From assembly GCA_032718475.1 (NCBI GenBank), contig JAUCBJ010000684.1, forward strand, positions 27,909 through 91,908: a stretch of DNA of 64,000 bases, given 5' to 3'. The notes beneath the pieces are model-generated. The model saw only the letters and a program-made list of their open reading frames with translations. It ran no database searches and was not told the DNA's origin. Source of the DNA: Nemertoderma westbladi. Its lineage: Eukaryota; Animalia; Xenacoelomorpha. Each line of letters starts with the position of its first letter. The stretch's first letter is position 1. The position numbers and the translations under genes were made by a program. Positions 36,757 to 47,987 of the stretch are shown one piece after another.

Positions 36757-39700
36757 ATGGAGAACGTTAGGAAGCTGACAACGGTGCGTCTTAAAAAGAT
36801 GTTGGCCGCACACCACGTCTCCACAATGGGAAGTCGCAGCGAACTACTAATCCGTGCTGAGCGCGTAATGCGCAGTGTCTCAAGGCACACTGAGAGGAGT
36901 TTAGCAATCCGGGACGAACTGGCAGACCCGAGGATGGTCTGGGACGAACCCCCCGACCCGACGATGATCCGGGACGAACTTGCCAACCCGACGATGATCC
37001 GGGATGAGCCTGTCCACCCGACGATGATCCGGGACAAACCTTCTGAACCGAGGATGATCCGGGACGAACTTTCCGACCCGACGATTATCCGGGATGAGTC
37101 TGTCGACCCGACGATGATCCGGGACAAACCTTCTGAACCGAGGATGATCCGGGACGAACTTGCCAACCCGAGGATGATCCGGGACGAACCCCCCGACCTG
37201 ACGATGATCCGGGACGAACCTGTCGACCAGATGATGATCCGGGACAAACCTTCTGAACCGAGGATTATCCGGGATGTACTTGCCGACCCGACGTTGATCC
37301 GGGACGAGCCTGTCGACCCGACGATGATCCGGGACAAACCTTCTGAACTGAGGATGATCCGGGACGAACTTGCCAACCCGAGGATGATCCGGGACGAACC
37401 CCCCGACCCGACGATGATCTGGGACGAACCTGTCGACCCGACGAATATCCGGGACAAACCTTCTGAACCGAGGATGATCCGGGACGAACTTGCCGACCCG
37501 AGGATGATCCGGGACGAACTTGCCGACCCAAGGATGATCCGGGACGAGCTTGCCAACCCGAGGATGATCCGGGACGAACCCCCCGACCCGACGATGATCC
37601 GGGACGAACCCGCCCACTCGACGATGATCCGGGAAGTACTTGCCGACCCGACGATGATCCGGGACGAACCCGCCGACCCAACAACGATCCGGAACGAACC
37701 TGCCAACCCGAGGATGATCCGGGATGAACCCCCCGACCCGACGATGATCCGGAACGAACCTGCCGACCCGAGGATGATCCGGGACGAACCCGCCGGCCCG
37801 AGGATGATCCGGGACGAACCTTCCAATCCGAGGACGATCCGGGATGAACCCGCCGTCCCAAGGATGATCCAGGATGAACCTTCCAATCCGAGGATGATCC
37901 GGGATGAACCCGCCATCCCGAGGATGATCCGGGACGAACCTCCTGAACCGAGGATGATTTGGGACGAACCTGCCGACCCGAAGTTGATCCCCGACGAACC
38001 CGCTGACCCTAGGATGATCCGGGACGAACCCGCCAACCCGAGGATGATCAGGTACAAACCTGCCGACCCGAAGATGATCCGGGACGAACCTGCCGACCTG
38101 AAGATGATCCCCAACGAACCGGCCAACCCAAGGATGATCCGTAACAGGGCCAATGCATCGATGGGGATGTGGCAACCACAGGCGGACGTTATCGACATAA
38201 CGCCAACCCCAACCTTTCCACAGCTCCCGGGATGGGTAGGCCCGGGTATCCATACAGCCCATGACCCAGCCTGGAGAAGCTCAGAGATCGGGTATTCTCA
38301 TAACTACCAACTCCGGCCTAAACTTGACAGAAACAATGGGTTAGTTAGTTACTCATCTATAATAGGTAACATTTACAGTCCCACACATCTTATACAAACA
38401 TCACATACCAGCACACAATTACCCCAGACAAACCCGACACCCCTGACATACCCCACACCTTCACACCAGGAACTCTCACCACCATTGCCCCAATTGAACA
38501 TCACAGAGCATCCCTCAACAAACCACCACGCCCACTTCACTGGTGTCATGGTCGAAGATCTTCATAGTGATGGCATATGGAGGCCCAGGGACGTTACAGT
38601 CAGGGATATTCCAATTTCTGTTTCGAATTCCAAGCTTTTGGACCACATGCCATGTACTGATCGAGCAGTCACTCAATCAGGGGCTTGCAGGACAGACCAA
38701 TCATATGGGGGGCATCTCCAACCAACTAGCGGCCCATCCGGCATGTCCACTCCAGAGTTGATAGACATTTCTGACAATGCATTGCTTCAGGTGACAGACC
38801 TCAATCTACCCTCAACTGTCACAGACTCACAAGCACTAATGTCTAAAGCAAAAATAAGTAAAATTTCTGATTTCTTCAAACCAATTACACATAAGAAGGG
38901 TGGAATAACTCCAGACCATCCAACCACCATCATTACATCGACAGAAAACTCTAATCATATGGTAATGTCAAACATTAACCGTAACAAGGATGTGGTGTAC
39001 ATGGGAGAACACAAATATTCCCAAGGAGAAGTAAACAAATTTTATCCTGACACAGACTTAGAGCATGATGATGTGCGAATTAGGGATGCCATCCTCAAAA
39101 CACCAGTAATAAATAGCAAAGTGATTATTAAGCCATCAGACCCAGACTGGGACTACCTACAACCAGGATGCAAACTTTCAACTGTCATTGTGGATTCTTT
39201 TTTATCTATTTTAAATAACTCAATGGGAGATGATAGAATAGGTTGTATCGACTCAAGTCTTTGTAGCAAGTTGCATCAAGAAAGGTTCGACTATGCAAGT
39301 GCCTTGAAATATATCACATCTACCTGTAACATAAGATCTACATCACTGTGCCTCTTTCCTGACTGCTTCAATGACCACTTCGTTCTGCATATCGCTAATC
39401 TCAGCGACCATAGTGTATATACTTTATGCAGCATCAATGCGATGACTCGACCATCAACTGTGACTCGGAGAATCTGTAAACTGCTAAACTCAATCGAATA
39501 TGTTTCTGGAGGGCCAAAAGTTCATGGACTGCCGTCTCCCACATCAACAATTACCCCCTTCAAAAACCTCTAAGCAAAGATTGCGGCATATTTGCATGCC
39601 TATATGCGACTATGGTATCCACCGGAAACAGTCTATCAGGTGAGATACAAAATGCTAACCTGCGACAATGGTTACTACAGTGCCTCGTGGACCATAAACT

Positions 39701-41374
39701 ACGAGATCCAGAAACCCTGGATCCTGTTCACTTACCAGACTTAAATGCACCAACCATCACGGACCCGACATTAGCAGGTACCATCACCACCAAGCACCAT
39801 AACATACAGGAACAGAAATCCTCACAATGCCTCAATTTATTTGGACTTATACAGCACCCCCGAAAGAAAGCAATCAATCTAATAGCTAATACTGCAAATG
39901 GGGACTTATCAAAGCATAGGAATAAGTTATTCGAGGACTTAAAACCATTTATGTCACCTCTACAGCAGCTGTCACTACAGCTCTATCCACGGAACTCTCA
40001 TAGGGAGTTAGCCACTGATGTATATGAGATGCTCTTAGCTATTCCAGAAAAGGTCCTTTCAAACCAATGCCGCAAGAGGATGTATACAACAGATAATATC
40101 AAACTGGACAAAAATGAACAGGACAACATACGGCTTCTGAGAAATGACTTCATAACTGCTATCGCATCCCTACAATCACGCATCTGCCTACTCGAAACCA
40201 ATAACGACAAACTAAAAGAGCAAAATAAGACAATAGAACCAATTTAAACCATGAGCGTAACTCCCGGATTGTACTGGAGGAAAAGTTTCGGAACATCATT
40301 TTAACCAGGAAACAGGGCAACTCTGCCATAGGCACGCAATGCACCCTGACCCCAAGTAATGATACGGAATCCGACTGGCTGATAATAGACTCAATTAATG
40401 ATGATGACGACTTACCAGGAACTTTTTCTTCACCCGAATCAACTTTACATGAAGTAAAATTCCAGGATGAGCGCAGTAGCCAGCAATCGAAGGATTATAG
40501 TACTTCATTCAGTATGCCGAGGAACAAACATGTAGCAAAACAACCGCCACGGCAAAGGGACATGGGCGGTACAATCATTGGCCCCAACCCTTATCACCTA
40601 CTAAGTAATTTCGATACCGATAACACAACGTCAGACACTACCAGCAGAGACACTACTGTCCGTAAAGATAAGCAGCAACAGCATGTCGTTCGACATCAAC
40701 CAAAGAGGATTACCAAAAGAATTGCAGTGAACTCGGGAAATAATTGCAAGGGAGAGGACAACTTAATCAATTCTGAAAGATGTGGAGTTCCATTGATGTG
40801 CGCCGAATCACGCCTCAGAGTACAACTCTTTATTTCTGGCATTAATAAGAACAACACCGAGGATGATGTAGTAAACTTCCTTATCGAAAGGAAAATTGCT
40901 GTGCATCGAATCAAAACTCGCCTACATGGAGATGGGAAAAGCGTTCGCCTTACTACTGACGCTAACCTTAAAGATACTCTTATGCACAATGCATTCTGGC
41001 CTTCTGGGATTGTATGTAAAGAATGGGTCACAAACCCAGATAGACATGCAACTAATGACTGGCAAGGACGACGTTCAAGAAAGCAATCTGACAACAGTTC
41101 TGCACTAAACCATAAGGAACAGCATAGCTCCCCAGATGCCTCCAAAGAATCTTCTATAGATGATCACTCCCGTAGTTTTCATGAGAAATCAAGAAAACAT
41201 AACTACAGAGCACCAAGTGACTTGAGATGCTACAGTGCAATCACGCATGATCTTAACAGGCAGGAAAACTCCAAAGCAGACACAAGACAACACAAGCGAG
41301 ATTACATGAAACACTACCAAATCGCACAGGATTACTATCTGACGAGGAATCCACTTAACAGGTCTCATTTTTAA
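36757..41374 (+). pseudogene. Element C ORF1 (~1,500 aa reconstructed over frameshifts near 39510 and 40235): SAP-like domain, 10-aa tandem repeat, Ulp1/C48-like protease, coiled coil, RRM-like domain
   Basis: KLTTVRLKKMLAAHHVSTMGSRSELLIR (SAP pattern); LQPGCKLSTVIVDSFL..FP..NDHFVL, then in the next frame SW..YPLQKPLSKDCGIFACLYA (C48 pattern); heptad LRNDFITAIASLQSRICLLETNNDKLKE; LFISGI..TEDDVVNFL..FWPSGIVCKEW (LINE ORF1 RRM pattern). Confidence 0.7.
36901..38140 (+). repeat. 30-bp coding tandem repeat (MIRDEPADPR-like), about 41 copies, in frame in ORF1
   Basis: gatccgggacgaacc core every 30 bp with no frame break. Confidence 0.95.
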
Positions 41375-41390
41375 CAATGGATTCAAGGAT

Positions 41391-44300
41391 ATGCCAGTCG
41401 CAAATACCAAAATAACCAAATATACAGAAAACTGCACTGGCCCCACCCTCACAGAACATCAAGCCAAGACATCTCCAAAGGACATTCCATCTCCAAAGGT
41501 GGACTCTGCAGCGAATAAGAACACTGGTACTAGCAACACGGATTATAAATCTTCTAAAGTAAGACTTACATTAGGATCCTTTAACTGCCACGGGTACTCG
41601 AGTAGCATCGATCAGATAGACAAACTGCTTGAAGTATGCGATGTCATTGGAATTCAGGAGCACTGGATGGATGCTATAGAGCTTGATCATGTAGCTAAGA
41701 AATCATTCAATGAAAACTTCGAGCTCGTCTACTCCACCAGCGATTTAATGAATAACCCTAATAGGGTTAGAGGCGCTGGAGGGGTAGCCTTGGCATTCCG
41801 CAGAGGTAAAGTATGTAACTGGGCCAAAGTCGCTTCTGGGGACGACATTGTTGGAATAATTGGTGACACTGGCAATGTTCGCGTTCTTCTACTTTCAGGC
41901 TATGCTCCAGACTCTAACAAAAACATTCAAAGCTATAATGAGCATCTTGGTCGCCTTACTGCTTTAATCGCCATGTACCCAGTGGCAATCCCTATCATTA
42001 TGATGGATGCTAACGCGGACTTAGGGTCTGAACAAGGACCACGATTTCACAGACCCAATGCAACAGACCGCGGTCTCATTCTGAACAACTTCCTACTCAA
42101 CCACAATCTTACAGCTATAGACACACTTGACAACGTGGCAGGACCAGCATATACTTATATTGGGGGTGGTCATCGGAGTTATATCGACTACATTGTGATG
42201 CCTATCAATGGTCCATTTAAAGTCATAGGGGGATACATCATAGAACATGACGAAGCAGAAAATTTTTCTGATCATCTACCAATCGTGATTTCAATCAACT
42301 GTGACGTTGCAAAGGAAGGGTTGGTGGAACAAACTGCTACAAAACAGACGCCTATACGATTTAACTGGAGAAGCGCATCCAAAAAACAGAAAGACCAGTA
42401 CTATCGAACCTTAGATAATCACCTTGAGGGGATGGCATTACTCGCTATCGACACCATAGACGACCTCAATACTCTTGCCAACAACATTAACTCTGCGTTA
42501 CACAAATCAGCACTTGAATCTATTAATGTAATAAAAAAGAAAAGGACAACCAAAAATTATAGAATACGCTCAGCTACTCTTTCGGAGCGATGCCGAACCA
42601 CCCGCAGCCTGTACAACCTATGGGTCAATAATGGGAAAGATCCTAACGATGAGGTGGGGATCGCCTTCAAACAGTCCAAACGCGGAGTACGACAACTAAA
42701 AAATGCACTTATGAAGACACACGTTGCAAGATCGGTCGGTGAAGTAACTCACAAGCTGAAGTGCAACCCAAAGGGTTTCTGGCGTAAATTTTCTAACAAG
42801 GGAACTTCAAGTACACCACCAACTCAGATTCAGGAACAAATACGTCAGTCATATAGGGACAGAATCACAAGAAACGTTACTAGTACTACCAATATCACCG
42901 ATAATTTGGACAGAGAATGCAAGAATACTACTATGCCTACCATATCTGAAGAAACTATAAGGAAATCTATTCTATCGTTATCGGTAGGGAAGTCGCCGGA
43001 CCTCAATTCTATAACAGTGGAGCACCTTTTATCCGCCAACCCCGAGACTATGTGTCACCTGTTAGCAAATATGTACAATGCAAGTATACGTATTGGCATG
43101 GTGCCCGATGTTTTTGGAGCAACTATCATAACAAGTCTATTCAAAGGGAAGAGGAAGGATCCCATGAGAACTAACTCTTATAGACCGATTGCCAGCATAT
43201 GCCTATTAGCAAAGGTACTCGAGCGTATAATATACAAGGGCTTCCTTGAGAATATCCTTCCAAGAAACGACTATCAGTTAGCATATAAAGAACATGTGGG
43301 ATGCGAGGCTGCCATCGGTTTGATACTGGAATGTATACAACACTTTAGTGAACTAGGATCAGGTCTGTATATGTGCCAACTTGATATCAAATCCGCTTTT
43401 GACGAAGTTGACCACGCAGTTCTCTTCGAGAAGTTATCAGGAATTATAAACCCATTCATTTGCCGTCTACTGGTTCATTACTACAGCATCGCCATGGTGT
43501 ACCTCAAGTTTGGAAATCTGATAGATGTGGTTGGCATAAATATGCCTAGAGGGATCATGCAAGGATCATTACTGTCACCATGCTTATTTAATCTTTACAC
43601 CATCAGCGTCATGCAGTCGTTAACTGAATCCGGACTGGGGTGCATGATCAACGATATCTGGTTCGGCTGCATAATGTATGCTGATGATGTTTTTCTTTTA
43701 GCCACTACAATACAGGAAATAGAACTCATGTCAAATATACTGAACATGGGGCTCGATAAGTTACAACTAATGTTCGAGCCGTCTAAATGTCACTGGATGT
43801 ACAGCGAAGCTAACAACAACACTTACATACCGTGTTTCCTCAATATTAATGGGCAGCTAATACCGGAAAGTCAGACAATCGAGTTCCTGGGCTACACTCT
43901 TTCTTCCAACAAAACTAGCGCACACGCTGCCGCAGAGTGCACTCAGCATATATGGAAAATGGGAGGAATTTTTCAACAGAAAGGGTGGACATCGCAATGG
44001 TTAGATACCGAAACATTATCATATCTCTGGAAGTCACTTGTAATCCCAAGCTTGACATACAAGCTGAAGTATACGATTGGTAACCTGAGCAAGAATGACA
44101 TATCTCGTATCGATTCAGCATATAGACAGGCTCTACGCCGACTTCTGCATGTTGGAGTATATATAAACAACGACACATTATACGAACTCCTGAATATTTT
44201 GCCTCTCAGCACCATGGCCTATCGTGGCGCCGTGTCAACATTATTGCAAATACTTAGATGCCCTATATTCACCTTACAAACTAGCTTCCGGTACATTGCT

Positions 44301-44561
44301 TTGGATAATGCGATATCCCGCACGTTATACAGGGGCCTCATGAGCACCTACAGACGAGCAAAGGAAACTCACCAAATCCCTTCCATGTGGTCTATACTAA
44401 CATGTGAATATGACAAACGTGCACTTTTGACAGGACTTCAAACTGGCAATAGCTCGCTTGACGACATAATCTGTGCTAATTTTGTAAAGAATTGCTACGA
44501 TCTGCACGGAGTAACTTTTAAAACTAAACATAATAGAATACTACAATTTTACGGATTTTAA
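41391..44561 (+). CDS. Element C ORF2: apurinic endonuclease plus reverse transcriptase, 1056 aa, uninterrupted
   Basis: SFNCHG, IQEHW, GGVA, MDANA, SYIDYI, SDHLPI (APE); YRPI, LDIKSAFDEV, GIMQGSLLSPCLF, YADD, FLGY (RT). Confidence 0.93.
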   Translation: MPVANTKITKYTENCTGPTLTEHQAKTSPKDIPSPKVDSAANKNTGTSNTDYKSSKVRLTLGSFNCHGYSSSIDQIDKLLEVCDVIGIQEHWMDAIELDHVAKKSFNENFELVYSTSDLMNNPNRVRGAGGVALAFRRGKVCNWAKVASGDDIVGIIGDTGNVRVLLLSGYAPDSNKNIQSYNEHLGRLTALIAMYPVAIPIIMMDANADLGSEQGPRFHRPNATDRGLILNNFLLNHNLTAIDTLDNVAGPAYTYIGGGHRSYIDYIVMPINGPFKVIGGYIIEHDEAENFSDHLPIVISINCDVAKEGLVEQTATKQTPIRFNWRSASKKQKDQYYRTLDNHLEGMALLAIDTIDDLNTLANNINSALHKSALESINVIKKKRTTKNYRIRSATLSERCRTTRSLYNLWVNNGKDPNDEVGIAFKQSKRGVRQLKNALMKTHVARSVGEVTHKLKCNPKGFWRKFSNKGTSSTPPTQIQEQIRQSYRDRITRNVTSTTNITDNLDRECKNTTMPTISEETIRKSILSLSVGKSPDLNSITVEHLLSANPETMCHLLANMYNASIRIGMVPDVFGATIITSLFKGKRKDPMRTNSYRPIASICLLAKVLERIIYKGFLENILPRNDYQLAYKEHVGCEAAIGLILECIQHFSELGSGLYMCQLDIKSAFDEVDHAVLFEKLSGIINPFICRLLVHYYSIAMVYLKFGNLIDVVGINMPRGIMQGSLLSPCLFNLYTISVMQSLTESGLGCMINDIWFGCIMYADDVFLLATTIQEIELMSNILNMGLDKLQLMFEPSKCHWMYSEANNNTYIPCFLNINGQLIPESQTIEFLGYTLSSNKTSAHAAAECTQHIWKMGGIFQQKGWTSQWLDTETLSYLWKSLVIPSLTYKLKYTIGNLSKNDISRIDSAYRQALRRLLHVGVYINNDTLYELLNILPLSTMAYRGAVSTLLQILRCPIFTLQTSFRYIALDNAISRTLYRGLMSTYRRAKETHQIPSMWSILTCEYDKRALLTGLQTGNSSLDDIICANFVKNCYDLHGVTFKTKHNRILQFYGF

Positions 44562-44900
44562 GTTTGTTCCTTTATTGCATACTCTTAATTGGGGTTAATT
44601 CGAACCGTATACATACTTATATATAACGATATCTATTTGATTAATGTTAATTATAACGTGTCGTCCCTATGCTATACTAACCCTACCCAACATTGATTGT
44701 ATAATCACTGGTGCCATTTTTAAGCTTTATTTTTAGCCAACTATTGACTTATATTTTATTTAATAATTTAGTAGTGATGTTGATCCTGTTCGTTTACTAT
44801 GATTTTATAATAGTGTAATCGGCATAATTGTATAATCGTCACAATTTTACTAATAAATGCCAGCTAGCCTGGTTTGCGCTTATGTGCGCGAGTATAATAA

Positions 44901-46810
44901 TTGAACAAAGCCCAAACAGAGTATCGTAGCCGACGTACAACTTCTGCAAAAAATGCAGTGAAAGCTTCAGTGAAATCTCTAAACAAGCAATACTCGATTA
45001 ATAAAGCAAAGCTTATCAGCGAGCAGGTTCAATCAATGCTGCTGACGAAAGCAGGAAATCTGCTGAAGCCTGGCAAGCAATCAACCTGCTCTCTGGAAGA
45101 AAAAGCCGACCAACTGCCAAGGTGAAGGCTGATTCTCCAGCCGACCGCTTGGCAGGCTGGAAGTCTCATTTCGAGAAATTGCTAAATAATGATCGAGAAC
45201 TGACTGACGATTTCACTGTAAAGCCTGTGTCGCACACAATACTCTCAGACATCCCAATTGGTGACATAACATTCGAAGAGGTCTTAACTGCTTCGAATGA
45301 CATTAAAACCAATAGGGCATCTGGTGTTGATGATGTGCCTCCCGAGGTCTTTAAGATCAGAGAATGCCTTCAACTAGCCCACCCCATCCTAGCAGAAATG
45401 TACCGCACTAAGATTGCACCACAAGAACTGAAGACTAATCGGCTAACACCCGTTCCAAAGAAGGGCAACCTCTCCTATTTTGGTTCATATCGTGGAATTA
45501 GTCTAATCTCAATTGCAGCTAAATTATTCAACAGAATAATGCTGAATCGGATTAGGGATCCTGTAGAAAGACTCTTGCGTGGGAATCAAAATGGGTTTCG
45601 AAAAGGTAGAGGTACCTTTGAACCCATTCTGGCACTTAGAAGGATTATTGAAGAGGTTTCTACAAAGAAAGACAGACATTTGGCTGTCATATTTGTGGAT
45701 TTCTTCAAGGCCTTCGATTCCGTGTCACGCCCACGCATGTTCCAAATTCTTCAGGCATATGGGATCCCCAATGAGATCATTACTGCAATCAGATCAGTAT
45801 ATGACGGTTCCACGACCTTTGTATCCACTACTGATGGAGACACAGACCCATTTGAGGTTCTCTGGGGTGTCCTTCAAGGAGACACATTAGCCCCGTTCCT
45901 CTTCATTATTGTGGTGGACTATGTGCTGCGGACATCACTCGATCTTCATGAAGCTGATGGGGTTGAAATATCTCCACCATCAGGTAGCCGTAGACGTGGT
46001 TCCCCAGCAGAACATCTAACCGACCTTGACTTTGCTGATGACCTTGGTTTACTGTCAGAGACATTAGAAGGAGCACAGAAGCTGCTATCTAGCTTAGAGG
46101 AGGCTGCATCTAGTGTTGGCCTCTTTGTGAATAGCACAAAGACCAAAATTCTGACAGTAAACATGGATTCAGATCAGCAGAAAATTGATCGGGATAACAT
46201 TCAATCGCCGGATGGACTGGTAAGTCATGTGAACGACTTCTGCTACATTGGATCATGGGTTCGGAGGTCTGTTGAAGATCTCCGAATTCGCAAAGGGAAA
46301 GCCTGGTCCGCCATCCACAAGCTATCCAGGATCTGGAAGAGCTCTGACATCTCATGCTCTTTAAAGGTACGCCTTTTCCGTGCAGCAGTGGAGCCTGTGC
46401 TGCTCTATGGCAGCCAATGCTGGGCTCTAACTGCTGAAGACACCAGGTCCTTGGATGGCACATACACCAGGATGCTTCGCCGGGTGCACAACATAGCATA
46501 TGATGCACACATAAGCAATGAGGTGTTATATAAATATGGTAACATCTCATTGCCAAGACCTAGCATCACCCTGCAGAAACGCCGTCTAATGCTTGCTGGG
46601 CACTGTTTCCGCCGGCAGGATCAACCTGTACACAACCTTGTGCTGTGGCAGCCTGCTGGCGAGAATAGACGTGGTGGACAGCCAATGACTTTCCTCAAAC
46701 GCCTGCTCAAGGACACAGGACTTGAGAACAGGAATGAATTAGGAAATTGTATGGCTGACCGCAAGATCTGGGGGCGCTATGTTTCTGGGGCCGCCGGCAC
46801 TGCACCCTAG
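44901..46810 (+). pseudogene. RTE element A ORF, reverse transcriptase part (one frameshift at about 45030-45120)
   Basis: YRGISL, QNGFRKGR, FVDFFKAFDSV, GVLQGDTLAPFLF, FADD, LAGHCFR motifs. Confidence 0.92.
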
Positions 46811-46831
46811 TGCAAGCCGATCATCATCATC

Positions 46832-47987
46832 ACTAGGATCGGCATGCTGCATTGCAGCTGCATTTTTAAGAATGCTGTGCCGGCTTGTCAACAAAATTGC
46901 ACCGCCAAAACTCCCTATCACCCATGACATTTGCTAGATCATCCGCATCTTTAAATCCAGTGTCCTTTAAGATGCGTCTCAAGAAAGTCATGGGCTGTCC
47001 ACCATGCTTATTCACTCCATGAGGCTGCCAAAGTACAAGATTATGCACTGGCTGGTCCTCACGGCGAAAGCAATGTCCTGCAAAGCGGAGGCGATTTTGT
47101 TCTAGTGTCAAGCTTGGGGAAACAATGAGACACCTCCAATGTTATATAGTGTCTGGTTGGAGATGTGTGCATTGTACTTGACACAATGAACCCGGCGTAG
47201 CATTCTTGTGAATGTGCCATCCAGAGATTTGGTGTCCTCAGCAGTTAGAGCCCAGCATGGACTCCCGTAGAGGAGTACTGGAACTACTGCTGCTCTAAAT
47301 AATCGGACCTTAAGTTTCCGATTAATTCTAGGTGACTTCCAAATCCTGGAAAGCCTATTCAAGGCTGCCCATGCCTTTCCCTTACGTATTCGAAGGTCCT
47401 CACCTGACTTCCGGATCCATGATCCAGGTAACAGAAGTCGTCCACATGCTCAAGCATACCATCCTTTGAGCTTATGCTCATCCGATCAGAGACTTGCTGA
47501 GGACTTTCAAAGTTAACTGTCAGAATTTTGGTCTTTCTGGAGTTAATAAAAAGACCAACACTAGAAGCAGCATGTTATAATGAGCTGAGGAGCCGTTGGG
47601 CTCCCTCTAATGATTCTGAGAGTACTCCTAAGTCATCAGCAAAGTCTAGATCAGTTAGGTACTTGGCAGGATTTCCTCGACTTCTGGAGCCAGTAGGTGG
47701 AGTTATCATCACCCCATCATCATTATGATGATCTAAGGACATGCGTAGAACATAGTCAACCACAATAATGAACAAGAATGGTGCAAGTGTGTCTCCTTGG
47801 AGGACGCCCCATAACACTTCAAATGGTTCTGTGTCACCGTCAACAGTAGACACAAATGCTGTCGAACCATCGTATACTGATCTGATTGCTGCAATAATTT
47901 CATCAGGAATCCCATATAATGAAAGTATGCTGAACATACGTGACCGAGAGACTGAATCAAAGGCCTTGAAGAAGTCAACAAAGATAA
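46832..47987 (-). mobile_element. 5'-truncated RTE LINE (element B); its (TAG)n tail is displaced to 34710-34728
   Basis: RT fragments GVLQGDTLAPFLF, FADD and RLRFAGHCFRR on the minus strand; 9-bp TSD ctactccta (34701-34709, 47988-47996) within the satellite unit. Confidence 0.88.

Larger units (their letters stand above)
36458..44900 (+). mobile_element. Two-ORF APE-RT non-LTR retrotransposon (element C; tentatively RTEX/Proto2-like) nested in element A
   Basis: ~300-bp 5' UTR, long frameshifted ORF1, intact ORF2, AT-rich 3' UTR with AATAAA (~44852) and short (TAA)n end; RTE A coding resumes at 44901. No clean TSD seen; 5' boundary approximate. Confidence 0.85.
34729..46831 (+). mobile_element. 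Full-length RTE-clade LINE (element A), interrupted by element C
   Basis: 11-bp TSD actaggatcgg (34718-34728, 46832-46842); (ATC)n tail; hairpin-rich 5' UTR; APE domain at 35067-36457 and RT at 44901-46810. Confidence 0.9.

Noticed and set aside
36901-38140. Shared gatccgggacg core between the ORF1 repeat and the 53-bp array at 260-2370
   Set aside because: Only ~11 bp match, with different unit lengths and flanks; likely coincidence.
36723-38262. Antisense ORFs of 491 and 453 aa over element C
   Set aside because: Shadow frames of the 30-bp coding repeat.
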